Shown: in pieces, positions 1-8,296 of the stretch
Layout: every line of letters starts with the position of its first letter
Position numbering within the stretch: the first letter of the stretch is position 1
Source: Planctomycetota bacterium
GTDB lineage: Bacteria; Planctomycetota; UBA1135; JACQFD01
Direction of reading: 5' to 3'
NCBI GenBank assembly: GCA_046160785.1
Contig: JBJXHE010000014.1
Location: forward strand, 21,695-85,694
DNA: 64,000 bases
The notes under the pieces: generated by a model
Told to the model about the DNA's origin: nothing
The model's input: only the letters and a program-made list of their open reading frames with translations
Database searches by the model: none
Made by a program: the position numbers and the translations under genes

Positions 1-2
1 TA

Positions 3-1172
3 GCATCTGACGAGGATTTTTGGTTTCAAGTACAAAATGCGTTTTCGGTTGATCGCAGTATTATAAATTTTAATAATGGCGGCTGCTGCCCATCGCCAAC
101 TGTAGCGATCGAAAGTTATAAACGGCACGTCGACTTTTCAAATCACGCTCCGACCAAGCACATGTGGGGATACCTTGGCCCGCATCTGGAAACCACGCGC
201 GAACGCATTGCGCGCGATATCGGTTGCGATCCCGAAGAATTAGCATTGACGCGCAACGCGTCGGAATCGCTCGAAATTGTACAATTCGGACTTCCGCTCA
301 AGGCCGGCGATGAAGTCGTCACCACGAATCATGATTATCCGAATATGATGAATTCGTGGAAGCAGCGCGCGAAGCGCGACGGGATTGTATTAAAAATCGC
401 GCAGTACACTCCGCCCGCGACGCACGATCAATTGTATGAACTCATTGTTAAACAAGTGACGGATAAAACGCGCGTCATTCATATTTCACATATTACTTTT
501 ACGACGGGGCAGATTTTTCCGGTTCGCCGTATTTGTGAATTTGGCAGATCGCGCGGAATTGAAGTGATTGTCGACGGCGCGCACGCGTACGGACAATTCA
601 CCTATAAATTGCCAGAATTGAAATGTGACTATTACGGCGTGAGTCTTCACAAATGGATGCTCGCGCCGATCGGCGTCGGCATTCTCTACGTCGCGAAAAG
701 TAAAATATCAAATCTGTGGCCGCTGTTCGGGCATCCGGAACCCGCGTCGGCCGACATTCGTAAATTTGAAACGTACGGAACGCATCCGTTCGCGCCGAAA
801 CTCGCGGCGAACGAAGCGCTCGTATTTCAACAAACGATCGGGCAAGAGCGGAAGTCGGCGCGCCTTCGTTATCTTCGTGAGAAGTGGACATCGCGCGTGC
901 GCGGACACGAAAACGTTTTATTGTATACATCCGATGCTCCTGAAACGTCGGCGGCGATCGGCACCGTTGGCATTCGGAAAAACGGAGAATTGTTAGATCC
1001 TGGAAAAATAGCGGAACACCTCTTCACGAAACATCGTATTGTTACAACTCCGATTCTTCTCGACGAAGTGAAATGCCTCCGCATCACTCCCAATATTTAT
1101 ACAACAATTGAGGAAGTCGAAATGTTAGCAACCGCGCTCGCGAATGTCGCGAGCAACGGACTGAACCACTAA
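3..1172 (+). CDS. class V aminotransferase-fold PLP enzyme (isopenicillin-N epimerase / cysteine desulfurase-like); 5' end runs off the window
   Basis: The frame of ORF 162..1172 stays open back to nt 3 (ASDEDFWFQVQNAFSVDRSIINFNNGGCCPSPTVAIESY...), a typical N-terminus for this family. DGAHA and SLHKW (PLP-lysine context) motifs are present. Confidence 0.8.
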   Translation, partial: ASDEDFWFQVQNAFSVDRSIINFNNGGCCPSPTVAIESYKRHVDFSNHAPTKHMWGYLGPHLETTRERIARDIGCDPEELALTRNASESLEIVQFGLPLKAGDEVVTTNHDYPNMMNSWKQRAKRDGIVLKIAQYTPPATHDQLYELIVKQVTDKTRVIHISHITFTTGQIFPVRRICEFGRSRGIEVIVDGAHAYGQFTYKLPELKCDYYGVSLHKWMLAPIGVGILYVAKSKISNLWPLFGHPEPASADIRKFETYGTHPFAPKLAANEALVFQQTIGQERKSARLRYLREKWTSRVRGHENVLLYTSDAPETSAAIGTVGIRKNGELLDPGKIAEHLFTKHRIVTTPILLDEVKCLRITPNIYTTIEEVEMLATALANVASNGLNH

Positions 1173-1193
1173 AACCCCCGGCACGATTCCACC

Positions 1194-2915
1194 ATGAAAG
1201 TTTATCGATCTCTCGGCACTGCTTCCCTTTTATTACTTTTCGCGGCATGCGCGGCGCCGGCCGAAAAATTCGTTAATATTACAAATCCGGCAGCGCAGGA
1301 CGCCCGCGGCCTGCCGCCCGAACTGGCGCGCATCGAGGAGATTTCGAATCGCACGACGCAAGTGAAGCAGATGCAGGAAGTGCTTTGTTTAGAAATCGGC
1401 CCGCGCCTTACGGGATCATCACAATTAACAAAAGCGTGCGAATGGGCAAAGGCACAATTCGAATCGTATGGATTAAAAGCAACGATGGAACCGTGGGGCG
1501 AAGTGCCGGTTGGTTTCGACCGCGGCAAACTGAGCGGAAAATTGTTAGAACCGATTAGTAAAATTACACAAACCGGGGCCGGCTCGCGGCCCGCCTATAA
1601 AACCCTCGACGTCGGAACGACGGCATGGACCGCCGGAACGAACGGGCCCGCCGCCGGCTACGCCGTGCTCATGCCCGCAAGCGCGGACGAGGTTACTACG
1701 GATCCTGGAAAATATAAAAATACGTGGGTCGTGCGCCCTGCGGCGGCACGCGGCGCGCGGACGGATCCTTCGGAACCCATTTTGTTAGCGTTAGAAAAAG
1801 CGGGCGTTCACGGATTTGTGATGATCGGGCGAAATGATCTCATCTTGACGTCGGGGAATTTTAATAATATCAAATGGGACGCGCTTCCTACGCGCGTCAC
1901 CGTTCGTATCAAAAAAACCGACGGCGACGAAATCACGCAATTTCTAAAAGACGGAAAGGAAGTAAAATTAGAATTTAATATTGAGAATAAATTCGTTAAA
2001 GGCCCCATTCCCCAATACAACGTGATTGCCGACATCCCCGGAACGGAGTTTCCCGATCAGTATGTGGTTGTGGGCGGACATATCGATTCGTGGGACGGAG
2101 CGCAGGGCGCCACCGACAACGCGACCGGAGTTGTTACAACTCTTGAGGCGGCGCGTTTATTAATGAAAGCCGGCCTCAAGCCGCGGCGCACGATCCGATT
2201 TATGTTATGGGGCGGCGAAGAGCAGGGATTGTTAGGTTCGACGGCGTGGCTCGAACAGAATAAATCTCTCATTCCTAACATTTCGTGCGCGCTCGTTCAC
2301 GACGAAGGAACGAATTATTGTAATGGTCTCCAGGTAACGCCCGCGATTGAAGCGCTTTTCGCACCGGCGCTCGGCGCGCTCGTGAATCTTAATCCATTAT
2401 TACCTTTCGAGTTTTTTAAAGTAGCGTCGCTTCCGGTGGGAATCGGCAGCGACCACGACGCGTTTCTGCGCGTGGGCATTCCGGGCTTTTTCTGGGTGCA
2501 ACAAAAAGGTGACGTTGACTACAATTTCGGCCACCACACGCAAAATGATAATATTGACCGCGTTCGTTATGATTATCAAAAGCACTCGTCGATCGTGATT
2601 GCGTATTCCGCGTATCAAATCGCGAATCTTAATGAAATGGTGCCGCGCAGCTCGGCAGCTCGCTCGGCGCGCGGCAAGCGCATCGGAGCCGAGACCGACC
2701 TGAATCTTAAGATTATCGCGCTCACGGAAAACGGCGTGGCCGCGAAAGCCGGCTTAAAGGAGGGCGACCAAATTGTTAAAATTAATAATAAGGACGTTGC
2801 CGTGCGCAGCGAGTTGCGCGGCGCGCTTGCGGAAGTCGAAGGGAATAAAGCGGCCGTGGTCGTGCTTCGCGACGGAAAGAAAGTCACGCTCGACGTCGAG
2901 TGGCCTGCGAATTGA
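1194..2915 (+). CDS. M28-family aminopeptidase lipoprotein with C-terminal PDZ domain
   Basis: Lipobox-like signal (LLLLFAAC). M28 metal-ligand motifs GGHIDSWDGAQGATDNATGV, WGGEEQGLLGS and GSDHDAF. C-terminal PDZ-like GVAAKAGLKEGDQIVKINNKDV. Confidence 0.85.
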   Translation: MKVYRSLGTASLLLLFAACAAPAEKFVNITNPAAQDARGLPPELARIEEISNRTTQVKQMQEVLCLEIGPRLTGSSQLTKACEWAKAQFESYGLKATMEPWGEVPVGFDRGKLSGKLLEPISKITQTGAGSRPAYKTLDVGTTAWTAGTNGPAAGYAVLMPASADEVTTDPGKYKNTWVVRPAAARGARTDPSEPILLALEKAGVHGFVMIGRNDLILTSGNFNNIKWDALPTRVTVRIKKTDGDEITQFLKDGKEVKLEFNIENKFVKGPIPQYNVIADIPGTEFPDQYVVVGGHIDSWDGAQGATDNATGVVTTLEAARLLMKAGLKPRRTIRFMLWGGEEQGLLGSTAWLEQNKSLIPNISCALVHDEGTNYCNGLQVTPAIEALFAPALGALVNLNPLLPFEFFKVASLPVGIGSDHDAFLRVGIPGFFWVQQKGDVDYNFGHHTQNDNIDRVRYDYQKHSSIVIAYSAYQIANLNEMVPRSSAARSARGKRIGAETDLNLKIIALTENGVAAKAGLKEGDQIVKINNKDVAVRSELRGALAEVEGNKAAVVVLRDGKKVTLDVEWPAN

Positions 2916-2931
2916 TAATTTGCGTTCGGTT

Positions 2932-3231
2932 ATGCCGAGACCCATAAAACTCACGAATTCCGTGGTGGCGAAGCGCCTCAAAACGCTTTCTGCATGGACG
3001 ATTTGTGACAATAAACTGCACCGGGAATATCAATTCCCGGATTTCATAAGCGCGTTTTCGTGGATGACGGCCGTTGCCCTCGTCTGTGAAAAAATGAATC
3101 ACCACCCGAATTGGCATCATGTTTACAACCGCGTCGAAGTCGATTTAACCACACACGACGCAGGCGGGCTCACCGATCTCGATTTTGCGCTCGCGCACGA
3201 AATGGAAAGCCGGTTTTCAAGCTATCAATAA
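2932..3231 (+). CDS. phhB: 4a-hydroxytetrahydrobiopterin (pterin-4-alpha-carbinolamine) dehydratase
   Basis: 99-aa product from ATG 2932. EYQFPDFISAFSWMTAVALVCEKMNHHPNWHHVYNRVEVDLTTHD is the PCD/DCoH signature. The ORF-track start at 2773 overlaps the preceding gene and is rejected. Confidence 0.85.
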   Translation: MPRPIKLTNSVVAKRLKTLSAWTICDNKLHREYQFPDFISAFSWMTAVALVCEKMNHHPNWHHVYNRVEVDLTTHDAGGLTDLDFALAHEMESRFSSYQ

Positions 3232-3280
3232 ATATATTACATTAATAAATACTCAATAATTTCAGATATTAATTTTAACG

Positions 3281-4486
3281 ATGGCTAAAGAAAAAATATA
3301 CAGCATGCCCGAGGAGAAGTCGAAGCCGGTGCACAGCATCCGGCTCAAGGATCCGCTTCTCGAAGATTTAAACTATCCGGGCGGAACTGTTACTAGCGTT
3401 TCGATTTCGATTGATAAACTTCCCGAAAAAGGCGACCGATTTCGTTTCGACCTCGGCGCCACGCCCTTATCCGCCGACGTTGCAAAAACGATTCTTAAAC
3501 TTACGGCGGGTCGGCCCGGCGACAAAACCGCCGTTTTAGTTACATCACAAACGCCGTGGAATCCGGGCGCAGTTGTAGCATTCCGAAACGCCCTGTGGCC
3601 CGAGTATCACGTCACGCGCGCGTACAATGTACAAAATCAGAAATACGTCGACCGCTTCTCCGCCGAAGGAACCGAGAAACTAACAAAACATTTTGTAGCG
3701 ACGTGGTCCGGAATGGCGGTCTCCGCCGTGAAACGCGCCGCCGCGCTCGCTCCTGACACGACGATTGCTAAATTTAACAAAAACGCGGCCGGCTGGAGCG
3801 GAGATCAGAAGTCTCCTGTTTATCCTCACCACCGCTGGATGCGCCGAATTGTAGCAGAACTCGGAAATCCAAAACCCGGCCAGCGCACGCTCGACGCGGG
3901 CTGCGGCGCGGGATGGGTTGGTATCGAAGCTGCTAAAAAAGGCGCGGTCGTGTCGGCGTTTGATCCGAGCCCCGAAATGGTAAAGTTTGTATTAGAAAAC
4001 GCGGCGGCGGAAAATGTTAAGATCGACGCGCAGACAGGATTTGTAGAAAAGTCGCCGTGGACGGAGCCGTTTTCATTAGTCTTAAATTCGGGCGTTATTA
4101 GTTTTGCACCGGACGCGGATCAGTATCTCGACGCGCTCGACGCGATGGTCGAAAAGGGCGGAACGTTAGTCATCGGCGATCTGAATCCCCTTTCGCGCGG
4201 CATGCAAAAACGGCGAGCGACCGAGCCGATCGTTCCGATTCGCGAGCTCAACGCGTCAACGCGCGCGGATGTGATCAGGAAATTAGAGAAACGCGGATAT
4301 AACATTACCGCACGGCGTTATTATCAATTGACCGATCCGTGGAACCGTTATATGTATTTTTGCGCGCGGAACCTCGGCGGCATCGGATGCGGCTACATTC
4401 TTAACAAAAACGCGCGCGCCGCTTCCGTTGATTCCGACGACGCTGCCGGATTTGATAGCTGGCTGATTCGCGCCGAGAAGCGATAG
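3281..4486 (+). CDS. class I SAM-dependent methyltransferase with ~200-aa N-terminal domain of unknown function
   Basis: SAM motif I LDAGCGAGWVGIEAAKKGAVVSAFDPSPEMV and post-I/II pattern (LVLNSGVISF, GGTLVIGD). The N-terminal half has no motif I recognise. Confidence 0.7.
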   Translation: MAKEKIYSMPEEKSKPVHSIRLKDPLLEDLNYPGGTVTSVSISIDKLPEKGDRFRFDLGATPLSADVAKTILKLTAGRPGDKTAVLVTSQTPWNPGAVVAFRNALWPEYHVTRAYNVQNQKYVDRFSAEGTEKLTKHFVATWSGMAVSAVKRAAALAPDTTIAKFNKNAAGWSGDQKSPVYPHHRWMRRIVAELGNPKPGQRTLDAGCGAGWVGIEAAKKGAVVSAFDPSPEMVKFVLENAAAENVKIDAQTGFVEKSPWTEPFSLVLNSGVISFAPDADQYLDALDAMVEKGGTLVIGDLNPLSRGMQKRRATEPIVPIRELNASTRADVIRKLEKRGYNITARRYYQLTDPWNRYMYFCARNLGGIGCGYILNKNARAASVDSDDAAGFDSWLIRAEKR

Positions 4487-4509
4487 GCGCGGTTTTAATA
4501 ACGTTTAAA

Positions 4510-6498
4510 TTAACGCCGCGTTATATCAAATCCCAACTTCGACGCGGGCGAACCGGCACGAAATGTAAATTCGCCCTTGTCGGGATCGCGAAACATCGGA
4601 TCGGCAACGATCGAATTTTTGTCCTGCCCCTTCGATTGCCATTCGTCCAACGTTAGTTTCTTAAATAGAACGGGTTTGCCGAGGCGGTTCCAATAAATAT
4701 TGGAATCGAACGAATAGTTATTTCCGTCGAAGTTGGAGCCAAGAAGCGGCGCGTCGTCGTAAACAACAATATTCTTTTCGAATGTAAAAGATTTGTGATC
4801 TTCAGCGCGCGTTCGCATGATTTGCGCTTCGCGGCCGAATGCAAAGATATTGTTTCGGACAATATTTTCTTTTCCGTAGTGCTGATGGAAGCCCGCGCTT
4901 TTTGTATTATAAACAATATTGTGTTCGGCGAGAATGCCCGTGGAGCCTTCGTCAAAGTAAATTCCCCACCCGCCGTATTGATAACTTTCGATATTTGAAA
5001 TCGTATTCTTGCGCAGCACCGTGCCGGGCGAAACGCCAAGTGTATAGATTCCGCCCATGTCGCTAAGAACGCCCTGGCCGATTTTTGATATTCTGTTTTC
5101 TTCAATAATATTATTGTAAGCGAGACTCTTTCCGTAACCCCACGTCCAACCGACTGAAATTGCAGTATAGTAAAAATCGTCAATCGTATTACTTATGATT
5201 TTATTATCATGCGATTGGCCGATCCAAATGCCAATCGCCGCGGCATGGATGCGTCCGCCGCCCCCAATCCTACATGCGTAAATCGAATTGTGGCTTGCAA
5301 CCGCGTCGTCGTCGTCTGAAATAGTTATGGAACCGATTTTGACCGCGCCGGCGCCCATATTATAAAAATCACATTCGTTTATAAGTGTATTCTTGCAGCC
5401 TGCGCCCAATTCGACCGCCCACGCGCCGGTATTCCGAAAATCGCAGAATTGAAAATTACAATTACGAGATCCTTTCGCGGACACCGCCGACGGAAGTGCG
5501 ATCTCGGCCTGCGGAAAACTGTAGCCTTCCTTTGGCAGGTGCCACGCCGTGTAACGAAAACTAATACTTTTGAACAGTATATTTGAAACGTATTCCTTTT
5601 TATTAACGTCTCCACGTAATTCAACCAGTGTTTCAATCTTCGGAACGATGAACTGCGTCGGAAGGTAATAGGAGAGCTTGCCCTTATAGTAAATTGTCGA
5701 AGTCTTTGCATCAAATCGCCACGAAGCATTGAGAGGATTCTTCAGGTTTCGCGGGTCATCATCTAAATTGATATTTTCATAGAAATATCGAATACCCTTC
5801 GCGAGCGATGACCACGGCTGATCAGTGCACGTCGCACCCGTGAATGTAATAATTCTCTCGCTACGATCGACCGATTCAATGCGAAGCCGCGACGTCGTCC
5901 ACGTGTGTAAAATAACAATTTCGGCGCCCGCGACGGCGTATTTCTCATCTTCCTTTTTGTAGCGAAAGCGGTCGGGGCGCGTCCCAAATCGTCCGGTCGG
6001 CGCAACGGCCTCATCGATCGTTAAATAACCTTCGAACGGAAAACGCGTTCGACATCCCGGACCATACAATTGTCCAATATCATGATCCGCCTCGACGACA
6101 AAGGATGCGTCGGGAGTGCGCTTAACGCCCAAATCTACTAAAGTGCCACCGGAGAGGACGCTTTGCGGAGATTGCGAACGATTGGAAGGAAAGACGCCTT
6201 CATAAATAATCGGAGCTTCAGGAGTGCCGCTATCCTGAGGTTCCAACACAAACGTTTTTGATAACTGTAGCGTTCCTTCAATTCGCACGCGAAACGTTGT
6301 CTTTCCGTCGCCTGCCTTTTTGATATGACGAATCGCGTCGCGTGCGGCTTCGAGCGTCGCAAACGGACTCCCCTTGTGGCGCCCGTCGTACGCGTCGCTG
6401 CCGCGCGACGAAACGTAAAATATAATTTCCTCGCGCTTGCGCGTCGTCGCGTCCGCCAATGTAACCATCATCAACAATAGCAATATCGAGCGGCGCAT
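4510..6498 (-). CDS. secreted right-handed parallel beta-helix repeat protein (pectate-lyase-fold)
   Basis: Signal peptide from Met at 6498 (MRRSILLLLMMVTLADA). Repeated beta-helix coils (NCNFQFCDFRNTGAWAVEL, NTLINECDFYNMGAGAVKIG, NKIISNTIDDFYYTAISVG, GIYFDEGSTGILAEHNIVYNT). The start at 6546 would overlap the upstream gene by 35 nt. Confidence 0.75.
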   Translation of the reverse strand: MRRSILLLLMMVTLADATTRKREEIIFYVSSRGSDAYDGRHKGSPFATLEAARDAIRHIKKAGDGKTTFRVRIEGTLQLSKTFVLEPQDSGTPEAPIIYEGVFPSNRSQSPQSVLSGGTLVDLGVKRTPDASFVVEADHDIGQLYGPGCRTRFPFEGYLTIDEAVAPTGRFGTRPDRFRYKKEDEKYAVAGAEIVILHTWTTSRLRIESVDRSERIITFTGATCTDQPWSSLAKGIRYFYENINLDDDPRNLKNPLNASWRFDAKTSTIYYKGKLSYYLPTQFIVPKIETLVELRGDVNKKEYVSNILFKSISFRYTAWHLPKEGYSFPQAEIALPSAVSAKGSRNCNFQFCDFRNTGAWAVELGAGCKNTLINECDFYNMGAGAVKIGSITISDDDDAVASHNSIYACRIGGGGRIHAAAIGIWIGQSHDNKIISNTIDDFYYTAISVGWTWGYGKSLAYNNIIEENRISKIGQGVLSDMGGIYTLGVSPGTVLRKNTISNIESYQYGGWGIYFDEGSTGILAEHNIVYNTKSAGFHQHYGKENIVRNNIFAFGREAQIMRTRAEDHKSFTFEKNIVVYDDAPLLGSNFDGNNYSFDSNIYWNRLGKPVLFKKLTLDEWQSKGQDKNSIVADPMFRDPDKGEFTFRAGSPASKLGFDITRR

Positions 6499-6511
6499 TG
6501 TAATCCGATCG

Positions 6512-8287
6512 TTAACGATCCGATTCAATATAATCAATATATCCAATCATCATTTCATCCCACGACTGGTCGCCCCATCGAACGGTAGTGTTCGGATCGG
6601 GATTGTTAGGATTCTGCGTCGAATTATCATAAACGGCCGTACAGCGAATCACCGACGCTTTCTTCACGCGGATTGGCTCCGCGGCGCGGTACGTCGCCTG
6701 CCAGCCGAAACTAAAATTAGGAACATACAATAATGTTCGCTTCTCTCCTTCCTGCGCTTCTAAATTATAACGAAACGATTTTCCGCGGTAATGCATGTGA
6801 GGCATGAACGAGAGAATTTCAATATCTTTCGCGACGAACCACGACGCCGTGAATGTTGAATTAGCGTCGTTAGGCTCGATTTTTAGCTTTCGCTGATTGA
6901 CGCCTCGCGTCTTCACTTCGCGTTTCGGCTTCTCTTTATAAAAACGCAGTCCGATTTCGGATACATCTTCCGTCGCAATGCCGCTCGTTGTGTAGTGAAT
7001 TTGAAATAACAATTGCGCGCCGGCCGGGAGAAACTTTCCAGAGTCCGCGGGCCATTCGTTGGGCCGTTCGCCGGGAACCAAACATGCAAAATAACCATTG
7101 TCGAGGCCGCCGTCGATCGGAGGCTGCTCGCGTTTGCGTTCTTTTGGATATTTAACAAAAACTAGAATGTGATGAACGATCGTTCGATTTCCAGCGTGTA
7201 CTTCGGCCGACGACACCCACGTATCATTCTTGAGTCCGGTGTCCAATGTTACATAACGATAATCGAGCACGCCGGTCGCAGGCACTTTCGCGGCTGGCAC
7301 TTTTAATATCAAATCCGGTTTTCCGATGAGCCATTCCGGCCGCGGCTGATTGGATATAACTGATTTCTCCTTCGGTTCCTCGCCTCTTGGCGCGCCGGAA
7401 CGGACCCATTTGATAAGTGTATCCTTCTCGGCTTTTGTTAATCTTCGCTCGTTGCTCCATTTCCCAAATTCGGCGTCGGCGTGCCACGGCGGCATTCGCC
7501 CGTCGTCGACGACTTCGCCGATCATTAACGATACGTCCGCGGCTTCCTCATAATTCGTCAGCGGCATGGGCGCGACTTCGCCGGGTTTATGACATTCGAC
7601 GCAGTTCTTATGAATAATAGGAGCGACGTCTTTATAGTATGTTAATGGTTCTGTTACCGGCTCCGCCGTTTTTTCGGGCGCGGACGCGCGCCCGATGAGA
7701 CATCCGCGCGCAGATGTTAACGATAACTCAACCTGCGTTCCCGCGAGCACCGCGTCGAGCGCGCTTGCCAAATAGTTACGTTGCGCTTCGGGCTTCCGCG
7801 TTCCAGCGCCGAATTGATCGTCGAACGCGCCGCGATATTGTAGTATTCCGTCTTTATCGATCACAAACATTTCGGTCGTGCGCGTGACGCCGAGATGCCG
7901 CATGAATTGTTGGTTTATATCCGAAACAATTTTTCCCTGCATTCCCGATTTCTTACAAAAATCGGTTACGTCCGCCGGGCTCTCGCCCCTATTCGGATTG
8001 ATAAAGAAAAACCGGGCGCCTTTCTTTTCATAGCTTTCACGAACCGCTTCCAGCTTGGGCGCGTTCGCCGTCGCGACCGGACACTTCACACTAAAAAACG
8101 CGATCACCGTCGCCTTGGCGTCGCTCGCTCCGAGAGTCTTCATAATACTATTCGAAATATCGGCGCCGGCCGGCGGCCAGACGCGTTCGCCGGGTTTGAT
8201 AAAATTCGCGATCGGAGGATCCTGCTGCGGCGCGAACGCGGCCAATCCAACACCGATCGCCAGAACGGAAAAAATAATTTTAAACAT
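6512..8287 (-). CDS. secreted three-domain redox protein: thioredoxin-like (redoxin/AhpC-TSA) + mono-haem cytochrome c + PHM/DBH-like copper type II monooxygenase domain
   Basis: Signal peptide MFKIIFSVLAIGVGLAAFA. Redoxin-like block (VIAFFSVKCPV...TTEMFVIDKDGILQYRGAFDD). Haem motif HKNCVECHKPGEVAPMPL. Copper-ligand-like pattern in PHM order: VHHILVF, FQIHYT, PHMHYRG, WDEMMIGY. The start lies 9 nt after the stop of the Mo-subunit gene. Confidence 0.75.
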   Translation of the reverse strand: MFKIIFSVLAIGVGLAAFAPQQDPPIANFIKPGERVWPPAGADISNSIMKTLGASDAKATVIAFFSVKCPVATANAPKLEAVRESYEKKGARFFFINPNRGESPADVTDFCKKSGMQGKIVSDINQQFMRHLGVTRTTEMFVIDKDGILQYRGAFDDQFGAGTRKPEAQRNYLASALDAVLAGTQVELSLTSARGCLIGRASAPEKTAEPVTEPLTYYKDVAPIIHKNCVECHKPGEVAPMPLTNYEEAADVSLMIGEVVDDGRMPPWHADAEFGKWSNERRLTKAEKDTLIKWVRSGAPRGEEPKEKSVISNQPRPEWLIGKPDLILKVPAAKVPATGVLDYRYVTLDTGLKNDTWVSSAEVHAGNRTIVHHILVFVKYPKERKREQPPIDGGLDNGYFACLVPGERPNEWPADSGKFLPAGAQLLFQIHYTTSGIATEDVSEIGLRFYKEKPKREVKTRGVNQRKLKIEPNDANSTFTASWFVAKDIEILSFMPHMHYRGKSFRYNLEAQEGEKRTLLYVPNFSFGWQATYRAAEPIRVKKASVIRCTAVYDNSTQNPNNPDPNTTVRWGDQSWDEMMIGYIDYIESDR

Positions 8288-8296
8288 TTTTAGATA

